DNA of 63,262 nt, counting the filler, from Guillardia theta CCMP2712 (Eukaryota > Protista > Cryptophyta), in NCBI RefSeq assembly GCF_000315625.1. It is 5 parts of 5 records of this genome, joined end to end, with 100 filler letters (N's around TTAATTAATTAA, not from the genome) between each part and the next. Parts side by side here need not be neighbours in the genome. Positions count along the whole stretch, not along the records: positions 30,337 to 44,017 come from NW_005434312.1; positions 44,118 to 49,863 come from NW_005434203.1; 3 more parts are not named here. One strand, 5' to 3'. The position numbers and the translations under genes were made by a program. Below the pieces are notes generated by a model. The model had not been told where the DNA came from. It saw only the letters and a program-made list of their open reading frames with translations, and did no database searches. Numbering within the stretch: position 1 is the first letter of the stretch; each line of letters starts with the position of its first letter. This document shows positions 34,901 to 46,630 of the stretch, piece by piece.

Positions 34901-37900
34901 GAGAAGTTCCTTGTCCGGCCCAACTGGCGCTCTCCCCTGTCTGTGGTCGCCGATTTCAACAGAGAGCATGTAGAGCATAAAGCTGTGGCTATGTCCCTCT
35001 TGGGAACGATGAATGAGCAGAATGTGACAGCGACAGGGATGACCTTGCTTCCTAACAACCCCTTCGGAAAGTTGCTCCAGCTGGTGTTCAGCCCGAGGGC
35101 AGACAGGATGTCAATGATAGCCAGCAGCGACGGATCTCAGATGTTCTATTTCAAGATTGGGACAGGAACAATCGACCTCCTTCCGTACTTTATCACCACG
35201 GAAGATTTCGATGCGATCAACTGCATCCGACGATGCATCAGCAGAGCCATCCTGCGCCATCCGGAGAAAACAAGACAAGATATGAAAAAGCTGCTTGTAT
35301 CCTTTCTCACTCACCAGCCTTCAAAATTCGAAGGAAAGAAGAAACCAAAATCTGCTGAATTCCATCTCACTATAGAAGAGACGCAGGAGTACCTTCCACA
35401 GCTCAAGAGGGGAAACAAAATCGACAAGCTAATTTCTACTGACGGGGATATCATCAAAGACAGCGGCCATGTGGGCCCTGGGAACGAGAAGGGGCAGGCC
35501 CAGCACCCCAACGAGGACGTCGACGCGCACGAGGACGCAGGAGCCGCACCATCACAAACTACAGATAAGAAGGAGGACACGGCTGACGTCGACGATGAGA
35601 GTATCGTCAAAGACAGCGGCCATGTGGGCCCTGGGAGCGAGAAGGGACAGGCCCAGCATCCGAACGAGGACGTCGACGCGAACAAGGACGCAGGAGCCGC
35701 ACCATCGTGGACGAAGAAGCTCGCTGCATCGCTTGTTGAGGGGAAGGATGCGATCGTTAGGTTTTGCTGCAAGGAGGAAGGCACGAAGAAGTTAATGGTG
35801 GGCTGTAAACGTGAGCTTCTAAGACTCATCAGACAGGCTGGAGGGATGAGCACAGGGATCAGGGACAACAGCACTGGGGGAGAGGAAGAGAAGGCCCAGC
35901 ACCCCGACGAGGACGTCGACGCGCACGAGGACGCAGGAGCCGCACCATCACAAACTACAGATAAGAAGGAGGACACGGCTGACGTCGACGATAACAGTAT
36001 CGTCAAAGACAGCGGCCATGTGGGCCCTGGGAGCGAGGAAGGGCAGGCCCAGCACCCCGACGAGGACGTCGACGCGCACGAGGACGCAGGAGCCGCACCA
36101 TCGCGGACGGCGGAGGAGACGGGGGAGTACCTTTCTCACGCCAAGGCCACGGCTGACGTCGACAGGACGGTATCTGCCGTCGACCTCGTGGTCAAGCTCC
36201 TGTGCGACGACAGCTTTGACCTACACGCCGACTCGCAGGAGCTGTCGATCCGCCGCGTCTCCTCTGTGTCCGCCGCCTCCTTCACCGTCCACGTGCTCTC
36301 CATAGGGCCTTGCTCGGGCTCGAGCATGAGCCTGTCAGACGCTGTGGAGCAGACGGTGAGGTGGTACACGCGAGCAGCAGGAAGGCGATCTACAAGAGTG
36401 CTGGAGTTTACGTCCCTGCAGACTAAGGAAGAAAAGAAGCTCGTTGCATCGCTTGTTGAGGGGAAGGCTGCGATTGATAGCTTTCGCTGCAAGGAGGAAG
36501 GCACATACAAGTTAATGGTGGGCCATAAACGTGAGCTTCTAAAACTCATCAGAAAGGCTGGAGGGATGAGCACATGGATCAGGGACAACAGCACTGGGGG
36601 CGAGAAGGGGCAGGCCCAGCACCCCGACGAGGACGTCGACGCGCACGAGGACGCAGGAGCCGCGCCATCGCGGACGGCGGAGGAGACAGGGGAGTGCCTT
36701 TCTCACTCCAAGGCCACGGCTGACGTCGACAGGACGGTATCTGCCGTCGACCTCGTGGTCAAGCTCCTGTGCGACGACAGCTTTGACCTACACGCCGACT
36801 CGCAGGAGCTGTCGATCCGCCGCGTCTCCTCTGTGTCCGCCGCCTCCTTCACCGTCCACGTGCTCTCCATAGGGCCTTGCTCGGGCTCGAGCATGAGCCT
36901 GTCAGACGCTGTGGAGCAGACGGTGAGGTGGTACACGCGAGCAGCAGGAGAGGGATCCAAGAGCGTGCTGGAGTTTACGTCCCTGCAGACTAAGCCAGAG
37001 AGGAGACGTGTGCGAAAGCACGGCAAGGGTATCGTGACAGTTGCTAGCTTTCGCTGCAAGGAGCAGGACTCGACGAAGATGATGATCGGGGTACAACCTG
37101 AGTTTGTGAAGCTGGTCAGGATAGCTGGAGGGATCAGCAGGTACGTCAATGTCCGTGTACTCAAGGGCGTCGAAAAGGAACCATTGAAGCGTACAGAGGA
37201 CAAAACTCAGAACAAGCACCAATCCGCAGGAGCCGCGCCATCGCGGACGGCGGAGGAGACAGGGGAGTGCCTTTCTCACGCCAAGGCCACGGCTGACGTC
37301 GACAGGACGGTATCTGCCGTCGACCTCGTGGTCAAGCTCCTGTGCGACGACAGCTTTGACCTACACGCCGACTCGCAGGAGCTGTCGATCCGCCGCGTCT
37401 CCTCTGTGTCCGCCGCCTCCTTCACCGTCCACGTGCTCTCCATAGGGCCTTGCTCGGGCTCGAGCATGAGCCTGTCAGACGCTGTGGAGCAGACGGTGAG
37501 GTGGTACACGCGAGCAGCAGGAAGGCGATCTACAAGAGTGCTGGAGTTTACGTCCCTGCAGACTAAGGAAGAAAAGAAGCTCGTTGCATCGCTTGTTGAG
37601 GGGAAGGCTGCGATTGATAGCTTTCGCTGCAAGGAGGAAGGCACATACAAGTTAATGGTGGGCCATAAACGTGAGCTTCTAAGACTCATCAGAAAGGCTG
37701 GAGGGATGAGCACATGGATCAGGGACAACAGCACTGGGGGCGAGGAAGGGCAGGCCCAGCACCCCGACGAGGACGTCGACGCGCACGAGGACGCAGGAGC
37801 CGCGCCATCGCGGACGGCGGAGGAGACGGGGGAGTACCTTTCTCACGCCAAGGCCACGGCTGACGTCGACAGGACGGTATCTGCCGTCGACCTCGTGGTC

Positions 37901-40900
37901 AAGCTCCTGTGCGACGACAGCTTTGACCTACACGCCGACTCGCAGGAGCTGTCGATCCGCCGCGTCTCCTCTGTGTCCGCCGCCTCCTTCACCGTCCACG
38001 TGCTCTCCATAGGGCCTTGCTCGGGCTCGAGCATGAGCCTGTCAGACGCTGTGGAGCAGACGGTGAGGTGGTACACGCGAGCAGCAGGAGAGGGATCCAA
38101 GAGCGTGCTGGAGTTTACGTCCCTGCAGGCGACGAAGCAGAGGAACCTCGTCTATACGCACTGCATGGGGCGCGTTTGGATGCAGTACTACCGCTGCAAA
38201 GAGGAAGGCACGAAGACTATGATGATCGGCCCGACCCCCTCCTTTGTGACGCTGGTCAGGATAGCTGGAGGGATCAGCAGGTACGTCGCTGATGGTGGGC
38301 ATGGGGGCCCTGGGAGCGAGGAAGGGCAGGCCCAGCACCCCGACGAGGACGTCGACGCGCACGAGGACGCAGAGCCGCACCATCGCGGACGGCGGAGAGA
38401 CGGGGGAGTACCTTTCTCACGCCAAGGCCACGGCTGACGTCGACAGGACGGTATCTGCCGTCGACCTCGTGGTCAAGCTCCTGTGCGACGACAGCTTTGA
38501 CCTACACGCCGACTCGCAGGAGCTATCGATCCGCCGCGTCTCCTCTGTGTCCGCCGCCTCCTTCACCGTCCACGTGCTCTCCATAGGGCCTTGCTCGGGC
38601 TCGAGCATGAGCCTGTCAGACGCTGTGGAGCAGACGGTGAGGTGGTACACGCGAGCAGCAGGAGAGGGATCCAAGAGCGTGCTGGAGTTTACGTCCCTGC
38701 AGGCGACGAAGCAGAGGAACCTCGTCTATACGCACTGCATGGGGCGCGTTTGGATGCAGTACTACCGCTGCAAAGAGGAAGGCACGAAGACTATGATGAT
38801 CGGCCCGACCCCCTCCTTTGTGACGCTGGTCAGGATAGCTGGAGGGATCAGCAGGTACGTCGCGGACGGTGGGCATGGGGGCCCTGGGAGCGAGGAAGGG
38901 CAGGCCCAGCACCCCGACGAGGACGTCGACGCGCACGAGGACGCAGAGCCGCGCCATCGCGGACGGCGGAGGAGACGGGGGAGTACCTTTCTCACGCCAA
39001 GGCCACGGCTGACGTCGACAGGACGGTATCTGCCGTCGACCTCGTGGTCAAGCTCCTGTGCGACGACAGCTTTGACCTACACGCCGACTCGCAGGAGCTA
39101 TCGATCCGCCGCGTCTCCTCTGTGTCCGCCGCCTCCTTCACCGTCCACGTGCTCTCCATAGGGCCTTGCTCGGGCTCGAGCATGAGCCTGTCAGACGCTG
39201 TGGAGCAGACGGTGAGGTGGTACACGCGAGCAGCAGGAGAGGGATCCAAGAGCGTGCTGGAGTTTACGTCCCTGCAGGCGACGAAGCAGAGGAACCTCGT
39301 CTATACGCACTGCATGGGGCGCGTTTGGATGCAGTACTACCGCTGCAAAGAGGAAGGCACGAAGACTATGATGATCGGCCGGATCCTCTCCTTTGTGAAG
39401 CTGGTCAGGATAGCTGGAGGGATCAGCAGGTACGTCGCGGACGGTGGGCATGGGGGCCCTGGGAGCGAGGAAGGGCAGGCCCAGCACCCCGACGAGGACG
39501 TCGACGCGCACGAGGACGCAGGAGCCGCACCATCGCGGACGGCGGAGGAGACGGGGGAGTGCCTTTCTCACGCCAAGGCTACGGCTGACGTCGACAGGAC
39601 GGTATCTGCCGTCGACCTCGTGGTCAAGCTCCTGTGCGACGACAGCTTTGACCTACACGCCGACTCGCAGGAGCTGTCGATCCGCCGCGTCTCCTCTGTG
39701 TCCGCCGCCTGCTTCACCGTCCACGAGCTCTCCATAGGGCCTTGCTCGGGCTCGAGCATGAGCCTGTCAGACGCTGTGGAGCAGACGGTGAGGTGGTACA
39801 CGCGAGCAGCAGGAGAGGGATCCAAGAGCGTGCTGGAGTTTACGTCCCTGCAGGCGACGAAGCAAGAGTGCTGGAGTTTACGTCCCTGCAGACTAAGGAA
39901 GAAAAGAAGCTCGTTGCATCGCTTGTTGAGGGGAAGGCTGCGATTGATAGCTTTCGCTGCAAGGAGGAAGGCACATACAAGTTAATGGTGGGCCATAAAC
40001 GTGANNNNNNNNNNNNNNNNNNNNNNNNNNNNNNNNNNNNNNNNNNNNNNNNNNNNNNNNNNNNNNNNNNNNNNNNNNNNNNNNNNNNNNNNNNNNNNNN
40101 NNNNNNNNNNNNNNNNNNNNNNNNNNNNNNNNNNNNNNNNNNNNNNNNNNNNNNNNNNNNNNNNNNNNNNNNNNNNNNNNNNNNNNNNNNNNNNNNNNNN
40201 NNNNNNNNNNNNNNNNNNNNNNNNNNNNNNNAGCTCCTGTGCGACGACAGCTTTGACCTACACGCCGACTCGCAGGAGCTGTCGATCCGCCGCGTCTCCT
40301 CTGTGTCCGCCGCCTCCTTCACCGTCCACGTGCTCTCCATAGGGCCTTGCTCGGGCTCGAGCATGAGCCTGTCAGACGCTGTGGAGCAGACGGTGAGGTG
40401 GTACACGCGAGCAGCAGGAGAGGGATCCAAGAGCGTGCTGGAGTTTACGTCCCTGCAGGCGACGAAGCAGAGGAACCTCGTCTATACGCACTGCATGGGG
40501 CGCGTTTGGATGCAGTACTACCGCTGCAAAGAGGAAGGCACGAAGACTATGATGATCGGCCGGATCCTCTCCTTTGTGAAGCTGGTCAGGATAGCTGGAG
40601 GGATCAGCAGGTACGTCGCGGACGGTGGGCATGGGGGCCCTGGGAGCGAGGAAGGGCAGGCCCAGCACCCCGACGAGGACGTCGACGCGCACGAGGACGC
40701 AGGAGCCGCACCATCGCGGACGGCGGAGGAGACGGGGGAGTACCTTTCTCACGCCAAGGCCACGGCTGACGTCGACAGGACGGTATCTGCCGTCGACCTC
40801 GTGGTCAAGCTCCTGTGCGACGACAGCTTTGACCTACACGCCGACTCGCAGGAGCTATCGATCCGCCGCGTCTCCTCTGTGTCCGCCGCCTCCTTCACCG

Positions 40901-41946
40901 TCCACGAGCTCTCCATAGGGCCTTGCTCGGGCTCGAGCATGAGCCTGTCAGACGCTGTGGAGCAGACGGTGAGGTGGTACACGCGAGCAGCAGGAGAGGG
41001 ATCCAAGAGCGTGCTGGAGTTTACGTCCCTGCAGGCGACGAAGCAGAGGAACCTCGTCTATACGCACTGCATGGGGCGCGTTTGGATGCAGTACTACCGC
41101 TGCAAAGAGGAAGGCACGAAGACTATGATGATCGGCCCGACCCCCTCCTTTGTGACGCTGGTCAGGATAGCTGGAGGGATCAGCAGGTACGTCGCGGACG
41201 GTGGGCATGGGGGCCCTGGGAGCGAGGAAGGGCAGGCCCAGCACCCCGACGAGGACGTCGACGCGCACGAGGACGCAGGAGCCGCACCATCGCGGACGGC
41301 GGAGGAGACGGGGGAGTGCCTTTCTCACGCCAAGGCTACGGCTGACGTCGACAGGACGGTATCTGCCGTCGACCTCGTGGTCAAGCTCCTGTGCGACGAC
41401 AGCTTTGACCTACACGCCGACTCGCAGGAGCTGTCGATCCGCCGCGTCTCCTCTGTGTCCGCCGCCTGCTTCACCGTCCACGAGCTCTCCATAGGGCCTT
41501 GCTCGGGCTCGAGCATGAGCCTGTCAGACGCTGTGGAGCAGACGGTGAGGTGGTACACGCGAGCAGCAGGAGAGGGATCCAAGAGCGTGCTGGAGTTTAC
41601 GTCCCTGCAGGCGACGAAGCAGAGGAACCTCGTCTATACGCACTGCATGGGGCGCGTTTGGATGCAGTACTACCGCTGCAAAGAGGAAGGCACGAAGACT
41701 ATGATGATCGGCCGGATCCTCTCCTTTGTGACGCTGGTCAGGATAGCTGGAGGGATCAGCAGGTACGTCGCGGACGGTGGGCATGGGGGCCCTGGGAGCG
41801 AGAAGGGGCAGGCCCAGCACCCCGACGAGGACGTCGACGCGCACGAGGACGCAGGAGCCGCGCCATCGCGGACGGCGGAGGAGACGGGGGAGTACCTTTC
41901 TCAGGCCAAGGCCACGGTGTCACATCCCGAGGCTTTACAGGATTGA
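31921..41946 (+). CDS. TDRD9: DEAH/RHA RNA helicase of TDRD9/Spindle-E type with a C-terminal tandem array of ~190-aa modules
   Basis: Motifs I GETGCGKS, Ia QPRRLAA, II DEVH, III SAT, IV FLPG, V TNIAESSITI and VI QRQGRAGR. Introns 32797-32864 and 33173-33501 join in frame. HA2 region: TILKVK...LGVLASELPVD...LVLG...CLPEAIVMASALSVQDIFAMP. The frame runs directly into the repeat array. Three 1-nt deletions (near 38372, 38397 and 38946), a chimeric junction at ~39865 and a gap (40005-40231) interrupt the assembled frame. Confidence 0.85.
35455..41917 (+). repeat. Coding tandem array of 567-576-nt units (at least 10) preceded by partial units
   Basis: Unit starts (GGAGCCGC) at ~36089, 36656, 37229, 37796, 38372, 38946, 39521, [gap], 40702, 41278 and 41854 (truncated); a 153-nt sub-repeat and a partial cassette occupy 35455-36088. 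Confidence 0.97.
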
Positions 41947-42498
41947 TCTTCAACGGAGCTCAACAAGAACTTGCTTTGGAATTTCTCTGCTAAGCGAAAA
42001 GCAGTGTGACAGGAGGAGATCTATCTCTCTTTATTCTCACACAACAAACAAAACAAACCAACACACACTGATGTGGCACAAACGCGCGAGGAAGGAGACA
42101 GGAGTACCCGTCTCTTGGCTGAGGAAAGTAGGGGTGATCTCTCCTTGGAAGTTGACAAGCTTTCCTCCTTAGATGTTGAAAATCCCGTCAGCCCCTCGAG
42201 CGGCAACCTTGCTCTCTCGCAGGGAAGAGAACCCCGTCCTCGCATGCCAGCAGGCTGCTTCCAACGGGTTGTACTCCACAAGACTCATCCGTCATCTTCA
42301 GCTGGTAGGCCACCACGGGTAGACGGTTCCTGCAACGACGACCTCCAGAGGGGTCCTTTACAGCAGATTCACACTCTGCTTGTTGCCAAGAATCACGGTC
42401 AGGAGAGAGCAGCGCTTGACGCCAAGTACAAGGATCGTGTCGATCAGGCGCCATAGTAACTGCAGTAGCTACTGCTGATAGATGCCTGACTCCTGCAG

Positions 42499-42615
42499 GC
42501 GTTCCACTTCGGCGTGCCCGTCGGCGACTCCGCCCTGCGCAGCCGCACGGTCAGGGACTTCCTGGAGCGGAACGTCCCGCGCTGGTCGTCGATGCGCTGC
42601 TCGACCGACGCGGAG
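42499..42615 (+). other. Isolated GC3-rich exon-like segment
   Basis: CTGAC..CTGCAG acceptor, 117 nt reading AFHFGVPVGDSALRSRTVRDFLERNVPRWSSMRCSTDAE, then a GTGCGG donor; no partner exons seen. Confidence 0.4.
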
Positions 42616-42849
42616 GTGCGGCGGGGGCACGGCAGCGAGTGCTTCTTCCTTCAACGCTGAGCTTCCGTCACTCCACTGACGAGACCTAATTACCGAACTC
42701 GGAAACTTAGCACTGTAACGGCCGCCCAGCCCGACTGCCACCTGGGCAGCGCCGAACCTGTCAGTCCCATCCGGTCACTCTGTGCTACTTTTGCTTCATG
42801 AAACCACTGACTGATCGGAACCTCTTGAACTGCTCCCTCAGCAACTTTG

Positions 42850-43747
42850 CTATTCCTTGTCGCATGAGGGGTATGTCCTTCTGTCCAAAGTTGTCGATGC
42901 CCTCTCCAGCAGCAACTTTCTTCCTGCATTGGCACCTGCTGATATACCATGAGCGATGCACCTGCTCATATACAACATCAGCGTACCTGTCCTTGTCTCA
43001 TAACTTGCTTGTCGTATGTCCTCCCTAACGTATCCTCTGCCTGCCATTTGCCGCGTAGGTACTTCCAGAAGCATGTATGCCCCACACAGGGCAACCCGGT
43101 CGTAAGCCATGTACTTTTCCGTTGGTTGTCAGGTTCCACATACCTTCTATTCTGGTTCAAAACGCCGATACCGGTCATTCCGTTGGGGTCATACAATCTG
43201 CATCCCCAAATGGTCGTCACTCGTGGTTGGTGTACAAGTAATTCGTCTCTCTCCCATGTAGGCAATTAACAAACACCAGTGTCCGGGTTTAAACGCGGGA
43301 ATAAAACATGTACCCCTCTCTGCGCATGCGTTTCCAATAACGCAAAAGCTCTTCATATCCTCCTGTCGCAGTCACGGTGTCCAATGCCGCGCCACTGGTA
43401 TGTAGCAACTCCAGATTGGGATAGAAATAAGTAGAGACAAAGTCAATGTTCCGAGGCTTCATGTGCCTGGTACAACCAGTGTCCCGGATGCAGTCAGATC
43501 TCCACTTAACCAGATGCAGCCAACTCTCCACCACGTCGCAGCTGATACATTTAGAAATATCACTTACATCCTGAATGATCGCTTCGGACAGGTTAGGGAT
43601 AGCATGGATGATAATCTTTCCCCCTGTGAAAGTCATAGCGTTTCCCAGAAACACATCACGCATATACTTGCATTGATATACCATCATTATTTCCTCCCTT
43701 GTCAAACAATTCGATATCCATATTCTTCTTGCTGCGCTTCTTCGCAA
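42850..43747 (-). pseudogene. Degenerate Ulp1/SENP (peptidase C48) domain, possibly from a DNA transposon
   Basis: Motifs in the expected order across frameshifts: CISCDVVESWLHLV, IDFVSTYFYPNL, GGYEELLRYWKR, CFIPAFKPGHWCLLIAY (HW at ~43276-43281), RLYDPNG, RQ...GTLMLYMSRCIAHG. Confidence 0.6.
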
Positions 43748-46630
43748 TCGTCATGACTTCGCGTTGCAGTCTTCTTTGCTTTCCTTTCCTTGGGCACCTC
43801 GACACGTTTTCTTGCGATTCCCACAGATAGTGTAAAGCTCACTGTCATCGAGATCTTCCGGACCCGGATCATCCTCCCCGGGTGTGGCAGGAGGAGGAGA
43901 CAAAGGGTCTGTAGGGTTTGAACCAAACTCGCGTGAGAAAGGAACATGCCCCGGTATCATGTGCGTGCATCATCAGGCTTCATCCCTGTACGCAGCGCTG
44001 TGACCTCCGGCTGCGGANNNNNNNNNNNNNNNNNNNNNNNNNNNNNNNNNNNNNNNNNNNNTTAATTAATTAANNNNNNNNNNNNNNNNNNNNNNNNNNN
44101 NNNNNNNNNNNNNNNNNGGAACACCACGGGAGACGACTCGCGCAGCGGAGAGAGCATAGGAAGCTGCAGTTCCGAAGCCTTCTTGATCGCCTTGACACAG
44201 TTTGTTACAGACTGTGCAAGAACAAAACACGCAGAAGATAACAATCATCTCGATTTTACCTCATGAGGAGCAAGCTTCTTGTTGAACAGCACTGTGTGAA
44301 TATTCGCCCATAGCTCCAGCAAAGTTCCCCGACGAGGCCGCCTGTTGTGCCCATGAGCGATGAGTTGCAAGGGCTACAACAGCACGAACTTGTTCTTGAA
44401 AGAATCGGCTTTCTTCGTCTCATCGTAGGGCAGCCCTTCGTCAAAGTCCTTCACCTTTCAACAACTTTCAGTTTGCCGTGCTCACGGGAAGTATATCACA
44501 CCTCCCCGTTCCTCCGCAATGAGCCGAATCCCGGTGTCAGAGGAGCATGAGGCAGGAACGACGGATACTTTCCTTCAACGCTCCTCTGCCCGATCAAGGG
44601 AGGAGCAAATAATCACATCAACAAGCAAGTACAAGCATCGACTCACCATGAGGTGGTTCGGTTCGAAGATAGAAATGGATGCTGGTTTCTGATACAACTG
44701 TCACCAGAAACACCAAAAGAACACAAGTCTCAAGTCACCAACCTCTGGATGCTTTGCACTCATCTCTGTCATTTCTCAGCAACGCTCAAGGTCCTCCAAC
44801 AATTCTGCCGTCAAACCCTTACAAGCTCCCGTTCCGATCCATCCCACTGTCCTGGATTGCACAGTCAGAAGGGGATTGCTGGCGTCCACAGGGCGCCAGA
44901 TGAAGCTAGCAAGCGCGCATCTCTCTCAAAATAACAAAATCAATCTTATCGCATTCTTGGTATGAAAAGAACACAGTTCATCCCATTGTTAATACAGGCA
45001 AAGGGTACGAATCGAACAGAGCTACGAGAACCAAGAACAAGTTGAAAGCATGCTGAAATATGAAGCAGATGCCCTGTATCCAATCTTGGTCTATCGAGTG
45101 CAGTTTGTCTCTCTACCCTATTCTAGAACTGCTCCACTCATGACTCCTTTCCCGCAAGATGGTACTTTCATTCCTACAACAACTTGGGTCCAAGTTGACA
45201 GGGGTTGATTAATATGTTCCACGCGGACGAGGCGTGTGCAATATAAGTTGCCACTGACTCCATGTATCAATTTCATCATCTTACATTGCAACTGCAGCTT
45301 GCTGCCCATCCTAAAGCTCCCTCACCCACTTACAACCCTTCCCTCGTTTCTCCTTGACTCCCCTCCCAACCATGCACAGTATCTCCACTGCCCATCAACT
45401 CTCCGTCTCCACTATCGCCTGATGCAGCATCTGTTCTGCATGTTGCCTCCTGCTGCTGTATCCCTCCCATAGCATGCGCCCGCCTCTCCTCGCCTCCTGT
45501 ATCGTTGCTCCTCCCCTGCGGCCACAGTATTGCCATGGAAAGAAAGCCCAGAGGGGGCGGGGGTGGAAGGTACCACTGGGTGGGTCCTTCAAATGGCAAT
45601 ACGGGGGTGGGTCACCCTATGTTGTGATGAAATACCCCTCCACAATTCTGTAAAAACACCGGTACATGTTACAGTATTCTGGGCACCACCTACCTCTTGT
45701 ACCACCACCCTCCAAGTAGAGGTCCACCCACCACCCACCACCCTGTAAAATCTTTGGGGTCGACTCGCACATGAACCAGCACTCCTTACCCCAGGTTGAC
45801 TCGCAAATTGTGGTACTTTAATATTACTCAAAAAATACATGGTACTAGATCTTTTGTAGAGGAAACAACCCAAGAACGGCGCACCCCTTACTTCACAACA
45901 CCCACCCACCCACCCACCTGCCCACCCACCCATTCATCCCATTAGCTGAAGGGGGGGCCAATAGGGGTAAAGATAGGAAATTACCGAGGGACTACCCACC
46001 ATTCGACAGTACCCCACCCTATCGGCTCTCATCCGTGGTCACAAGCCCAGGCCCCCAATCCTCTCCTCGCCAAATAAGTAAAAATATCTGTAGTCACTGA
46101 AGCCTCAGTCACTGGCCCGGGCCCGACGGGCCCGAGCTCCGAAGTACCGTACTGTCAAGCCTCCTCGACTCTCCTTATTGTCATCATACCAGAAACATTA
46201 CTCAAAGGGCTCCGGTACTTCTTTACTAGCTTTGAGTTACTCAAAGTTAATAATAAGTCGATCAATCTGACTGTTGGGCTCCGCTCAGTTATTATTATAG
46301 TCAACTTCTTGGTACTGTCTATCAACTTTTAGAGGTGTGCGCGTGAGGCGATTAAGTTATTTGTTTGTACCACTGCCAGCCAGCGGTAGTACTCCCGGTA
46401 CACACAAAATCCGACGGTACGTTGGGTACTTTACTTATACACAAAGCGATGCAAAACCTCAACCCTATGCGTACTTCCACCAACGTTTAAAACTATTTCT
46501 TTCTTTCCCCCCTCCGCTTGCTGCGGCGTAATTGGACGGTCGCAGGGGAGTCGTGGGGCCCACCTACCTTCACTGACAGCAGCGCCATGGCGTGTATGAG
46601 CATCCTCGATCATGTTACAAGATAGCGATC

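Noticed and set aside
36089-41917. CRISPR-like reading of the constant/variable repeat array
   Set aside because: Units are ~570 nt, protein-coding and eukaryotic. The variable parts are homologous to one another and reused, not unique spacers, and no cas genes are present.
44140-45470. Possible transposase next to the Ulp1 remnant
   Set aside because: Only short broken ORFs; no DDE, zinc-finger or RT motif recognisable by eye
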